NCBI GenBank assembly: GCA_951406725.2
Contig: OX597817.1
Span: 92,380,001-92,444,000 of the forward strand
Reading direction: 5' to 3'
DNA: 64,000 nucleotides
Origin: Octopus vulgaris
Lineage: Eukaryota
Shown here: positions 1-62,318 of the stretch, one piece after another
Layout of the letters: each line of letters begins with the position of its first letter
Position numbering within the stretch: position 1 is the first letter of the stretch
Program-made: the position numbers and the translations under genes
The notes under the pieces: model-generated
What the model saw: only the letters and a program-made list of their open reading frames with translations
Database searches by the model: none
Told to the model about the DNA's origin: nothing

Positions 1-136
1 TGTTGCACGTTCGGATGACCTCTACTCAACTCAACTCTTGACTCTCACCGCTACTCAACTCTGACATCTAGATTTTTCCCTCTATATCTACATATTGGGC
101 TAGCCTACTTCATAGTCTGGGGGCCTCCACACAACA
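1..136 (-). repeat. 3' LTR (probably a few bases truncated by the window edge)
   Basis: Near-identical to 1834..1965; begins TGTTGTG on the minus strand, right after the polypurine tract. Confidence 0.85.
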
Positions 137-147
137 CCTCCCCTTTT
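137..147 (-). promoter_or_regulatory. Polypurine tract (AAAAGGGGAGG)
   Basis: Purine run directly abutting the TG start of the 3' LTR on the minus strand. Confidence 0.8.
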
Positions 148-1816
148 GAGTTTTTTACACCTGAATTTATCAATTTTATTTTCTTGGTGAGAAACTGGCA
201 TATCTTTTTCTCTTAGCTTTAATTTCCATAATTTCTGTAGGGTTTCTCTTCCTGTTTGACCTACGTGTCAGTTCTGCTTTTGTTTGTGGTTCTGGGACCT
301 CAAACACTTTTGCTTGTGCTTTTGGAACCTGGAACAAATCATACCATAAATCCATTGGTTCTTCTCGCCTCTCTTGGTTTTTGGTATATCTTTGTTTTAA
401 TTGGTTTAAATGCCTTCTGTGTTCATATTTTGGTCCTTTTACCATGTATAGCACGTTATCCAGACGTCCAGTTAAACTTCCTTGCCCCAGTCCTATTTTC
501 CGTTACTATACATTTTAAAATATACTTTGTCACCTATGTTAAAAAAATTTGTTTTTCTTCCCGAATTTTCTATTTTCTGTTTCCTACTCAGCAACCATTT
601 GTCAAAAATAGAACGAATTTTTCTGGAAAACATCAAATCTGTGGGTGACTTACCTGTCTCTGCATTTGGATTTGGTGTTATTCTATACACCTGCAAAAAC
701 TTTGTCATATTTGTATCTTCGAAGTTTTCCTGTCTGGTCTTCCTTCAGGCTCTCTTGAATGTGTCGACGAATCTTTCCGCTAACCCATTTAACCTTGGAT
801 GGTATGGCGGAGTTAACACATGCTTCATCTGAACCAACTTACATTTCCACATCCTGTTTTTAAGTTTTATTTCTGGTGAAATTTCACCCAAGAATTGAAA
901 TCGTTCCCCTGGCACACCGTAGGCTATCCTAGTAGTTTTTTTATACAACTGCTTCCCTATCTCACTCCATGTTGCCGTATTTATTATCGATATGTCTGAA
1001 TCGGTATCTAATTGCTTTTTGGTCTGAAACCCATTTAGTTCTACCAACACAAATTTTCAGTTTTGTCTAGTATAATTTACTTTTGTTGAGTAGACTTTCT
1101 TCTGTGTTACCATTTTGATTCAACTTTGATAATATTCTTTTTCTAATTTCCGAGTCTTCCGTTGCCACTAGCCCTTTAACGAATATTAGGCACTAATATC
1201 TGGCATTAATTCTTCCAGCTTAAACCTTTCACAAGCCTTATTAACCATATGTTACAAAATCATCAGACTCATTTTTCTTTAAATTTAAACATTCCCATCA
1301 AATGTTAAACTGCAAACTTTTCTCGCTAAAAATATTAGTCAAAATATTTATTGTTTCATCAAAACACAATTCCATGGTCTTTCTCGGCGAAATGAAGTTA
1401 CAAAATCTTTCGTGTTCTGGATTAGCAAGCTTTCGCAAAAGGAGCCTTACCTTCCTTTCACTAGACCATCCCTTACATTCCTCTCAGAATATGTCTTCGT
1501 ATAGTCTGTAATATGCAGCAAAAGTAGTTCCGTCATCCGGATTGTAGTGAAATTCCTCGATGGAATTTGCAACACCCTCTGCTGAAAATGATTCTGTCGT
1601 ATTTCTCGACTGCAGTAACAATTCTGTTAACTTCTGTAGTTGCTGCTGCTCCTGTTGTTTTACAACTGCTTTCAGTAACTCTTCCATTTCGGTACTATTC
1701 GAAACCTCGTCGCCACTGTTATGTCACAATACTACACAGTCGCTGTGTGAGCTACGAAATCCTTGTTGCCACTGTTATACTGCAATACTATTCAGTGGCT
1801 GTGTGAGCTACGAAAT

Positions 1817-1828
1817 CCTCGTCACCAC
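1817..1828 (-). promoter_or_regulatory. Primer binding site (GTGGTGACGAGG)
   Basis: TGG-type motif immediately 3' of the 5' LTR end (..TAACA) on the minus strand. Confidence 0.75.
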
Positions 1829-1965
1829 TGTTATGTCACACGTTCGGATGACCTCTACTCAACTCAACCCTCGACTCTCACCGCTACTCAACTCTAACGT
1901 ATAGACTTCTCCCTCTATATATATTGGGCTAGCCTACTTCATCGTCTGGGGGCGTTCACACAACA
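1829..1965 (-). repeat. 5' LTR
   Basis: TG...CA termini on the minus strand; direct repeat of 1..136. Confidence 0.85.
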
Positions 1966-2319
1966 GTAAAGTAAAAAGAATGTAAAAATCATTTATAATA
2001 AAAAATATTATTATTGTAATTCTGTTGTGTCTGAAAGTCATCTTCTTTTTATGCCTTATAATTGTTTAACAAGTCTACAGTTGTTTGCTTAGAAGAAGCA
2101 TTGTTTTGCTCACTATAAATTTCCTGGTAACACTATAAAGCATTTATGATTGTAGAAACTTTTGGACTTCTATCCAAATTTGGATCTTGTGCTTCAAAAA
2201 TTTCAACTTACCACACAAAAGTGAGCTGAAAAATAAAACTCGTAAACTTGGGGTCTTATAAAGCAGGTCCTTGTACAGTGAGGTATTACTGTATATGTTC
2301 CTGTTTGTGTGTGTGTGTT

Positions 2320-2351
<32 letters not shown>

Positions 2352-2369
2352 TACATACATACATATATA

Positions 2370-4712
2370 CAACGGTACCTTGACTTGCAAGTCTCCCAAC
2401 TAATGAGTTTTTCAAGAGACAAGCTGTCTCTCAGCAGATTTTTTGCATTGTGTTGCGAGCTAAAATTCGGGTTACAAGCCAGCTTCAGATACCCACTGCT
2501 AGTTGGCATAGTGAATACCGTAACATCCACCCAGCATCCTGTGTCTCACTAGACAGATATGCACATTAGCAAGTGTGAAAATCATTAGTAGATCAATAGC
2601 TAGACAGACATGCACATTAGCAAGTGTGAAGAATGTTAGTGGATCGTTAGCTAGACGGGTGTTAAAATGCTTAATTAGTCGTTGCAGGATACAGAAGCAT
2701 CAGTGTTTTGCTTGCAATTGTACTTGCAGTTATTTTGCAAAACTTCGTTTTTCCAACCATGGGTCAAAAAAAAGTGACTGCGAAGGACAGTAGTGAGAAG
2801 AAGCAGATGATGTGCATTGAATTAAAGAAAGAAATTATCGATAAACATGGCCAAGGTGTGCATGTAGTCGACATGGTGAAGTAGTATGAGTGTAGCACTT
2901 CTACGATCTGCACCATACTGAATCAGGAGTCGATAAAAGGCTATAATACCAGTCAAGGGCTTTAAAATAATTTCAAAAAAGTGGACATCTGTCCATGAAA
3001 ATATGGAGAAGTTGCTGATGGTGTGGGAGAAGCAGCCCACAGGAGATACCATGATGGAGGCTATAATCTGCGAGAATGCACAAGCTATTTATGCTGATTT
3101 GCTGCAGCAGACTCAAGGCACTTGTATGGACGAGGCATCAGGTGAGCTGTTTACAGCTAGTCGAGGCTGGTTCAAGAATTTTTAAAAGAGGACTGGTCTT
3201 CACCCACTTGTCAGACATGGTGAAGCAGTGAGAGCAGATATGAAGACAGCTGAGGATTACCTCAAGACTTTTTCCAGAATTATAGCAGCCAAAAGAGACA
3301 TTCCCTAGCAAGTCTTCAACTGTAACAAGACAGGCAGTTTTTGGAAGAAGATCCCAAGGAGGACTTATATAATGGCATAGGAGAAGAGGATGCCAGGCTA
3401 CAAGCCAATGAAAGATAGGCTAACCCTCACACTGTGTACCAGTGAGAGTAGTGACTGCAAGATTAAGCCACTGCTCTTTTATCACCTGGAAAACCCCAGA
3501 GCCTTTAAGTCACATAAGATTCTGAAAGAAAAGCTGCAGGCTATGTGGAGGGCAAATCCAGGTAGTTCTCTGTGGAGTGAGTGAATTTGGTCTTTGGTCC
3601 CTGACATTAAGAAATACCTCCAGGAAAATAACCTCCCCTACAAGCCCTTTTCGTCCTGGAAAATGCACCTGCTCACCCACCTAACCTCGAAGATGACATC
3701 CTTGAAAAATTCAAGATTATAAAGGTTTTCTACTTTCCACTAACACCACTCCTATCCTGCAGCTCATGGACCATCAGATTTCTGATTTCAAGAAGCTCTT
3801 CACCAAGCATCTGTCCCATCACTGTCCAAAATTTCGAGCTTTGTTACCTGTAGTAGAAAGAATTATTATTGTTATAGAGAGGTGACAGAGAGCACAAACC
3901 TCATCCTTCGAGAGTTCTTGAAGGACCACTATAACATCATGCTATGCCTCAGAATTATTGATATGGCCTGTCAGGGTGTTACAAAGAAGACCTTGACTTT
4001 CTTGTGGAAGCTGTGGCCTGAGTTTGTGTCTAAAATGGACTTTGTAAGGCTTGAACCTGAAGCGGCAGTGGTAGAGGAAATTGTATCCCTTAGCAAGCCC
4101 ATGAGCCTGGACATGGATGAAAGTGACATCAATGAGCTCGTTGAGGAACACTCCAAGGAACTGGCAATGGAAGAACTAAAGGAGGTACAGGCACAGCAGC
4201 ACATGGAGGTTTTGCTGAAAATAGGTGATGGAGGAGGTTATCTCTACAAGTGCGATTAAGGAAATGTTGGGAATGTGGGAGAAACTATTCAAAAGAGACA
4301 CCCAGGAAAAGTTACAACTGGGCATGTGATGGAGCTATTCAGTGACACTTGCCTAACTCATTTCAGAAACACTCTGAAAGTGAGCATGAAACAGACCTTA
4401 TTGGACAGGTTTTTGACAAAAACTCCTGTAGATGAAAGTGAAGAAAGCATGGCGTAAAAGGAAAAAAAATCAGTGAATAAGATTATCCATTTCAGCCTTT
4501 CTTCTCCTCCACCTCTGTCAGTATCCTCAAGCCACCTGATCTTCAAAGTAAATGCTGTACATGATACTTGATAAAATCAGTTTATTGCAGTAAATTGTAT
4601 TGTATCGTTTTTTTTTAATATAATATTCGTTTATCTATAAGTACATTTTTCTTATTTAAAAACACGTAACAAAAAATTGTGATATTTTTTGGGTGGCCCA
4701 GAATGGATTAAT
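2370..4712 (+). mobile_element. Tigger/pogo DNA transposon, degraded
   Basis: TA followed by a Tigger-like left end (CAACGGTACCTTGACTTGC). Broken transposase: MEKLLMVW..FTASRGWFKNF (CENP-B HTH), MPGYKPMKDRLTL..KIKPLLFYHLENPRAFK and a V(L)ENAPAHP DDE-region motif, with many stops and frameshifts. The right end runs into a microsatellite. Confidence 0.85.
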
Positions 4713-4829
4713 GTATACATACATATATGTGTGTGTATGTATATTTATGTGTGTATATATATATATTTATGTGTGTGTGTGTATATATATATGTGTGTGT
4801 GTATGTATATATATTTATATATATATATA

Positions 4830-7800
4830 CTAGCTGAAGGTGACCCGCTCTACGCGCGGGTAAGAGTGTGGTATATATATATAAATGTATACAAATTATA
4901 TATATATATATAAATACAGATATATGCAGTTTGTATATATAAAAATTATTATATATACATATTTATAGATACACACACACATATAAATTAACCCAATAAA
5001 TATCTGATTCATAATATTTGTTGTCATGATTGATTGGTTGTGGTGGTGATGATAATTCTCTCTATGAATGCAGACAGACGTAGAGAGTGAGAGTGTGTGA
5101 AAGTGCTGTGGAAGGCAGGGAGGGGGGATAACGGACGCTGTGAAACGACGTTATAAAGAGAAAGTGAATGTAAGGTAGGTAGACGCTGTGAAACGACGTT
5201 ATAGATAGAATGTGAAAGGAAGTGAGAAAAGTGAGTGAGTGATGGAGGAAGACAGATACATAAAAGAATGAGAGTGTTGGATGTTTTGTTTGTTGGACCA
5301 ATGTATTAAGGTAGTATTGTTTTATTGTTTTAAAACGAAAGAGGCAATGTGTTTGTTTCAAAAATTAAAACATCTGTAATAGTGAATGAAATTAGAATTC
5401 ACACCCAGCTCAGTTTTGTAGAAAGAGTATCACGATGTGAACTCATGAGTTGGGAGTTTCACTGAGGGAGTTTATATGGTGACACATGCCAGTCCTTTCG
5501 ACACCACCTAAACAATGGAATAGTGTATAAAATGTAATTAACAACTCATTCACTTTATGAATGTCTTATGTTAGCGAAGAAACAATAACTTGACAAAACC
5601 GTTTAATGGAGACGTAGAAGGAATCGGAAAATGAGGAATAAAGAGAATGAGTTGGATCAAATGTTTGCAAACATCTGAACCCAACGTTCTTTATGAACCA
5701 TGTTCTTTTTAATGTCTTTATTTTCAAGAATGAAGAGATAATGAAGAGGTGCAAAATAAAAAATCAAGCAAAATTTCATGACTTACAATCAGTTTTCTTT
5801 TGTCAGAGCCTCCTGATAAACCACGTTCCTTGTGCGCTCATGATTGCCAAGAATGAAGAGTTTATGTGGATTTCCAACTCGAGAACAGGCTACGTACAAT
5901 TGACCATGACTGAAAACCGGTTGTGACAGGTTAATGGCTACAATGTCCAGTGATTGTCCCTGTGACCTGTTGATTGTCATCGCGAAGCATAGTTTTATCG
6001 GAAATTGAAAGCGTTTAAACTGAATGGGAACATCAGAGGGTGAAATACTAATTTTATGTATCATTTTGATTGTTCCTACAAATGGTCCACTCAAAATTTC
6101 AGCAGTTATAACATGGCTTTGAATCCTCCTAATAACCATTCGGGTTCCATTGCATATTTCAGGCGTTTCCATATTTCTGAGCACCATGATTGGAGCACCA
6201 ACTTTCAAACACAAATGATGAGGTGGAAGTCCCGGAGGTGTTAGCTTGTTGAGTAGCTCGGGTGGATATTTGACTGCATCATTCTCATCTTTATTTGTAT
6301 CGATGGACATGAAAGAAACTATCTCACCAGGATTCATATCAAGTACTTGTTTATTTGTAGCCTCAGCGGTTGCATTATGAGGCGATAGAATAGCTCTTGC
6401 TCTTAGCCAATCGAGATCCTGGAAGTTGGTTTCGACGTCAGGTAAAACGGCTCTTATAAGTTCTTCTACATTTGGAACGAAATTCCCAAAAGGCAACCGA
6501 ATATGCTCATCATCAACGAAAGGCAAAACTCCATCACGAAGATCTAATAGGTGTTTTGCGAAAGCCTCAGACTCCACATCACCATGTAGGTGGACTCTCA
6601 TGTTTGTTTGAAGATGGCGACTGATAACACTGTGCCACACATAAGAATGCTTTATACATGCATTAACCTCATCGGCTCTAGTGCCTGCTCGGACAACAGG
6701 AAGAGTTTGTCGAAAATCTCTTGCCATGAGAAACGTAGCTCCACCCATTATTTTTGTATTGTGACGCAAATCTTGGAGAGTTCTGTCAAGAGCCTCAAAC
6801 ATGGCCTTATTACTCATTGTAGCCTCATCCCAAATAAAAAGACTGCATTCACGAAGAAGTCTTGCTCTTGAGGAACTACGATCTATATTACATATAGGAT
6901 TATCTTTCTTTCCAATGTCCATGGGCAATTTGAATGCACTATGTGCCGTACGGCCGCCTTGAAGCAGTGTCGCTGCAATACCACTTGAGGCACATGCAAT
7001 GGCAATTCGACGTTCAGCGCGCAGCTTTGCGAGAATCAAATTGATAACGAAAGTTTTACCAGTACCACCTGGAGCATTCAAAAAGAAAAGCTTTCCTTGG
7101 TTCAATCTAACGCTGTCAATAATTTCATTATAAATCTCTCTTTGTTCAGGCAAAAGTCTTGGTTCATCTCGCGTACTTGTTTCCGTCAATTCGGCAATGT
7201 TGTAGTTTTTTTCTGACATGTATTCAACATCCAAAGGCGTTTCATGATGGACAGGTGTTGGCAGATGGAATTCACTTAAACCGCGTATAACATAGCGTCT
7301 GATGTGTCTGTCCATGTCGATTAATGCCTCATTATAAACATCGTCGTTGCCATCACGTAGCGCTAAATTAGCCTGTATGTCCTTTGATAGGCTCTGTCTG
7401 AACGATTCCCGAAGGTTAAAAGGCTTGCTGGGATTACAGTGGATTAATATGCTACAAAACAATCGACGCATTTGCCATGGCAGTTTACAATTTGAGGCCT
7501 CTGCTAATGTCCTGTGTAAGTGGTCGTCATTGAGAAGAAGTCCGCACCACAAACATGCTTCCCTGTAAGTGGCGCAGATGATACCATCATCCGTGCGAAG
7601 ATCAGCAAAAGACTTCGGTCCAGTAACTACATGAAGTAGCATTCTCAAAGAGATTTCCTGTTTGGTAGGATGAATATTATACACACGGCCAATGACGTTC
7701 TTCCTAGAAACACCTGGCCAATTGTCAAGTTCTGTTCCATGTGACCTGCGCTTCCAATTATTATTGTTGTATGTGTAATATTCCGGTACTTCAGGGTAGA

Positions 7801-9019
7801 TGAGAGTAGCAGCAAACTCATCAACTGAACACAATTTAAAAAATGCTGTAAGCGTAGTCCCTTTTGGATTTTCAATGACTTGACGTGCATTTTTCTCTGT
7901 GAAGTAAAGCAGCTGTCTCTTCTGTAAATGAACATTCAGGTGGAAAACTGATGGTGAGCTGAGATGAATCTCGTATCCAAAAATGCGCCACGCTGCATAA
8001 TTGGAGGATACATACCTACCGAAAACAAATTGTTTAATTTCGTCATGTCTAAGGTCTTCATCACTGAACACAAACACGGCCATATCATCGCCCTTATTAA
8101 TGTACTTGCAGAGGTATTGTATGCATCTCACCGAACTGCAGTACTCAACATTAATGTGTGCATTAAATGTTTTGGAAAGCAAAGGGTTGAATGGAACGAT
8201 CCAGGCATTATCAACATCGAATGTTTTTAGCCGTTGTCTAATTGTAGTTGTGCGGCCACCCAAACCTGGGTCACATATATGAAAGAGAGGACGGGAAAAT
8301 GAAATATTTTGCAATGTAAACATGATTTGTTTTAAGAGAAAGATTGTCATGATTGTGTGTTGGTGGTGGCGATGATAATTATCATTAGGAAAAACATAAG
8401 TTGTGGCGATGATAATTCTAGACCCCTTTTCACATTTTGATGAAGAGAACCCGATTTCATTCAGGTCTACTGGGGCCACATATAGGGGTGTGTGTGCACA
8501 CTGTAGAAATTAAATTAGAGATCAAACCAGTAATAGGGAAATGAAACAGTAAAAAAACAAAAACATAAAAATATAATATTAGATATATGTATATATATGT
8601 GTGTGTGTGTGTTGACAGGTAGACAATAGAATGCGATGGGGATGGCGATGTAATATTTGTTACTGTCCATGAACGCTGATAGATACATGAGTAAAATGTA
8701 TAGGAAGGTAAGAGATAGGGTGAGTGAAAATGTTCTTGGAAGAGAGTAAATAGCGACAGAGCGATTTGAGGAAGACTTTACATTAAATAACGGTAGTTGC
8801 ATTGTCAATGAAGAGGAGTGAGAGAGTACTGGAGGAAATAGGGTGAGGTAGGAAGATGGCCCCTAGCAACCACACCTTTTAAGATAGCGATTTCTAAGGT
8901 AGCCCACGCGCATCGTCACCTCATTCTACATGTCCCTGTAAATTTTGGAGCGAATCGGACGGGATGTAGTGGCATTGAAAGCGAACCAAGCGGTAAAAAC
9001 GCAATTCAGTTTTATATAT

Positions 9020-9022
<3 letters not shown>
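4830..9022 (-). mobile_element. Helitron (5' TC...CTAG 3', internally deleted in Rep)
   Basis: Minus-strand 5' end A|TCTATATATAAAACTG at 9022. 3' end hairpin ACCCGC-GCGTAGA-GCGGGT (4843..4861) followed by CTAG|T at 4830. Inserted in (TA)n and contains a RepHel ORF. Confidence 0.92.
5789..8479 (-). CDS. Helitron RepHel remnant: Rep C-terminal part plus complete PIF1-family helicase
   Basis: AHINVEYC..YLCKYINKG (Rep Y2 motif), APGGTGKT (Walker A), ASSGIAATLLQGGRTAHS, WDEATM (Walker B), DFRQTLPV, QFPIKLCFAMTINRSQGQSL, FSHGQLYVACSRV. No HUH motif; the N-terminal ~70 aa look non-homologous. Confidence 0.88.
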   Translation of the reverse strand: MAPVDLNEIGFSSSKCEKGSRIIIATTYVFPNDNYHRHHQHTIMTIFLLKQIMFTLQNISFSRPLFHICDPGLGGRTTTIRQRLKTFDVDNAWIVPFNPLLSKTFNAHINVEYCSSVRCIQYLCKYINKGDDMAVFVFSDEDLRHDEIKQFVFGRYVSSNYAAWRIFGYEIHLSSPSVFHLNVHLQKRQLLYFTEKNARQVIENPKGTTLTAFFKLCSVDEFAATLIYPEVPEYYTYNNNNWKRRSHGTELDNWPGVSRKNVIGRVYNIHPTKQEISLRMLLHVVTGPKSFADLRTDDGIICATYREACLWCGLLLNDDHLHRTLAEASNCKLPWQMRRLFCSILIHCNPSKPFNLRESFRQSLSKDIQANLALRDGNDDVYNEALIDMDRHIRRYVIRGLSEFHLPTPVHHETPLDVEYMSEKNYNIAELTETSTRDEPRLLPEQREIYNEIIDSVRLNQGKLFFLNAPGGTGKTFVINLILAKLRAERRIAIACASSGIAATLLQGGRTAHSAFKLPMDIGKKDNPICNIDRSSSRARLLRECSLFIWDEATMSNKAMFEALDRTLQDLRHNTKIMGGATFLMARDFRQTLPVVRAGTRADEVNACIKHSYVWHSVISRHLQTNMRVHLHGDVESEAFAKHLLDLRDGVLPFVDDEHIRLPFGNFVPNVEELIRAVLPDVETNFQDLDWLRARAILSPHNATAEATNKQVLDMNPGEIVSFMSIDTNKDENDAVKYPPELLNKLTPPGLPPHHLCLKVGAPIMVLRNMETPEICNGTRMVIRRIQSHVITAEILSGPFVGTIKMIHKISISPSDVPIQFKRFQFPIKLCFAMTINRSQGQSLDIVAINLSQPVFSHGQLYVACSRVGNPHKLFILGNHERTRNVVYQEALTKEN

Positions 9023-9073
<51 letters not shown>

Positions 9074-9134
9074 ATTTATGTTTGTATATATATATATGTA
9101 TGTATATTTATGTGTGTGTATGTATATATATACA

Positions 9135-9345
9135 CCTTCGAAATGCAGAGTAGATGAAACCATGGCAACTGAAGAAGGGAAATTTTCCTTGTGTTATTTG
9201 TCCTGTACTCTATTTTTTCGTTGTTTAAGAAAAATGTCCAGTTCCTTGGTTTTGTGTTTATGTTTTTGTTTCTCATTGTGTTCGACGTTTTTTTGGTGTC
9301 CTGTACCCATATATACATGTAGAGGTAGGTACGTACATATATGTA
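9135..9345 (+). mobile_element. Probable Penelope-like terminal fragment between (TA)n tracts
   Basis: Embedded in TA microsatellites; T-rich tail and a degenerate CTGAAGA-stem motif like the other Penelope-type remnants in the window. Confidence 0.35.
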
Positions 9346-9373
9346 TGTATATGTGCATATGTTTTATTTATTA

Positions 9374-9425
<52 letters not shown>

Positions 9426-10199
9426 CTCTTCATTCTTTCTATGTCTAGTTTTAGACATGGATGAGGCAATGCATATTATTATGGAATTGCTTGACAGCTG
9501 ATTGCTTTGCCTGTTCTTCTTGTAGGGGAGTTTTTATATCCTGTGTTTTTGAAAACAGAACAATGCAGAGGATTTGTTGACAGGAAATAACAAATTTCAC
9601 TATTTCTAACTCATTTATAACTCACCACACTTTTTCCTTCAAAGTGCAGAATATAAATATGCATACGTGCACACATAGACGCACATACACATGTATGCAA
9701 GATTAACTTTTCTGCATTTTATTTACATGTGTTTGAAAATGTAGAAGTAGCAGATGACTTTTTGACAGAGAATGGTAACAGACTTTACCATTTGTAGATG
9801 AGCCAGCTTTTTCATGCAAAATGCAGAATATTGATATTTGCACATCATGCATACAAAAAATTTCTGTGTTGTATATAATAATGTAATTATTGGTCCTTAT
9901 TTTATAGTAACATGCTAATGTGATATTGGTTGACAGTGAGGTAATATTTTAAAGAAGTACTAGTTAACAATATGACTAATATAATAATGATATAATAATA
10001 TTGATTATCAGTGTGTAATCTATAATAGTATTGGTTAAAAAGTAGTAATAATATAATACTGTACTCTAATGTAGGTTAACAATGTTGTAATAAAAATATA
10101 AGGTGCCAATATAATTATATAGTTATACTAGTTAACAAAATGGCAATAATAAGATGGCACTGGTATAATATATAATGATATTGGTTAACAACAACACCA

Positions 10200-10234
<35 letters not shown>

Positions 10235-10638
10235 GCAACACTGGTTAACAATGTAGCATTAATTGAAAGTAATGCTTTTTGATACTAAGAATAACATAAT
10301 ATAATAACTAGTTAATGAGTAACAATCATTTAATCTTTTCTTGTTTCCATATGTGTTTCTCACCCAGTTAGCAGTTGGTGACTTCACAGATATGTGCATA
10401 TAAGATTAACTTAATTATACTAGTATATTTCTACTGGAGATATCATGCTCCATGCTTCTACACTCTTTATATTAAAAGAGTTACAAATATCTGTTGTAAT
10501 AATTAGTAAAGGTTTGACTATTTAGTAATATTTAGAAGTGTTTTACTGCTCCTAGCATAATGGTAGTATTTTTTACTGTTGTAATTGTTATTGATTTTGT
10601 TTATAGTTCCTTTTCCTTGTTTCTTTTTTTTTTTTTAG

Positions 10639-60700
<50,062 letters not shown>

Positions 60701-60941
60701 GTACGTTGTCGAGCAAGTGATGAGTGGTGTTTTACTAATTGCTAGTACCAATAATATATGTATATGCATGTGTGTCTGTGTAAAGATAGATACTGGCTCA
60801 AACATGGTTGCATAGTTAAGAAGTTTGCTTCCTTACCACATGGTTTTGAGGGTGCATAGCAGTTTGGGCAAGTTTCTTCTATTACAGCCCTGAAATAACA
60901 AAAACATTGTGATGGTATTTGGGTAACAAATTTTAAAAAAA

Positions 60942-60989
<48 letters not shown>

Positions 60990-60990
<1 letters not shown>

Positions 60991-62100
60991 AAAGCATTTG
61001 ACACAGTGAGCAGGACAGGACTATGGCTCATCCTGGAACGACTTGGCTGTCCCGCCAAGTTTCTACAGATGGTGATCCAGCTGCACGAGAATCAATGTGG
61101 TCAGATCAGACTCAATGTTGACCTGTCAGAGCCCTTCCCCATTTCCAACGGCATGAAGCAGGGTTGTGTCCTGGCACCGGCTTTCTTCAGCATGATGATC
61201 AAGCATGCAACTGAAGATATTGAGGATGGGGTGTATGTTAAGTATCATCACTATGGCAGCCTCTTCAATCTACGGCGCCTCCAAGCCCACACCAAGACTC
61301 AGGAGAGGCTGATCCAAGATCTTCTCTTCACAGACAACGCTGTCCTTGTCGCCCACACAGAGCAAGCTCTGCAGCGCATCACATCCTGCTTTGCAGACGC
61401 TTCGCAGCTCTTTGGCCTGAGGTCAGCCTCAAGAAGACGGAGGTACTTCACCAACCTACACCCCAAAAGGATTACCGCCCACCCTACATCACTATCTGCG
61501 GTACCAAACTGAAATCAACTCAGCAGTTTACATATCTGGGCTGATCATCTCATTCGATGCAAGAATCGACAAAGAAATTGAAAATAGACTCTCTAAGGCA
61601 AATAGGTCCTTTGGCAGATTGTACAAACGTGTTTGGCACAATAATAACCTGAAGAACAAAACAAAGATCAGTGTCTACAGGGCCGTGGTTCTTACCACTC
61701 TTCTCTAGGGCTCAGAGACCTGGATCACTTACTGCAGTCACATCTGTCTCTTCGAGCGCTTCCACCAGCGATGTCTCCGCACCATCCTCAACATACATGG
61801 ATGTGACTTTGTCACAAACACTGCAGTCTTGGAGCGGGCCAAGATCCTCAGCATTGAAGCCATGCTACTGAAGTCCCATCTCCGATGGGCAGGGCATGTC
61901 TCCAGAATGGAGAACCATCGCCTTCCTAAGATTGCCCTGTTTGGTGAACTCTCCACTGGCCACCATGTGAGAGGAGCTCCGAGGAAGCGCTACAAAGACT
62001 GCCTCAAGAAGTCTCTAACATCATGTCATATTAACCACCAATGCTGGTCAGACATGGCTGCGGACCGTGATGTCTGGTGCCACACAATTCAACGAGACAT
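60990..62100 (+). mobile_element. RTE-BovB-like LINE fragment
   Basis: KAFDTVSR.GLW..GCP, GMKQGCVLAP, LFTDN (FADD), SETW, IEAMLLKSHLRWAGHVSRM..RLPKIALFGEL..PRKRYKD; stops and frameshifts. Confidence 0.9.
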
Positions 62101-62318
62101 GATGATATAAGTGAAATTTTTTCTCTCCGTCTAGTACCCCTATATCTCAGTCTACATTTGCTCTACATAGACATATACCTTTTTGGAATCAAGATGATCC
62201 CAGGATTGAAAATCTGGCCTTCATTTGGTTCTTGAACATCCAGCATTGAGATTTGATATAAGAGCATTTGGGTTGCTAAGAGTTACCTCCCTTAGCTATA
62301 ATATTAAATAGATAATAA

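Larger units (their letters stand above)
1..1965 (-). mobile_element. Ty3/Gypsy-type LTR retrotransposon, internally deleted (gag, protease and integrase remnants; no RT/RNaseH)
   Basis: Two ~136-bp direct repeats (1..136, 1829..1965), with PBS and PPT in the expected positions on the minus strand. ORF fragments: gag-like MEELLKAVVKQQEQ..EEFHYNPDDGTTFAAYYRLYEDIF; protease-like QLDTDSDISIIN; integrase TPPYHPRLNGLAERFVDTFKRA and FLQVYRITPN..SPTDLMFSRKIRS. Confidence 0.9.

Noticed and set aside
1700-1840. CRISPR-like repeat-spacer array
   Set aside because: The intervening sequences are themselves repeated, the context is a eukaryotic LTR leader, and no cas genes are present.
8921-9458. ORFs rich in YIYI/HTHT (also near 2200-2550, 4689, 33010, 48985, 60742)
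   Set aside because: Translations of (TA)n/(CA)n microsatellites.
9425-9560. Possible upstream HECW (C2) exon
   Set aside because: I found no open frame with recognisable C2/HECW residues here; the upstream exons probably lie outside the window.
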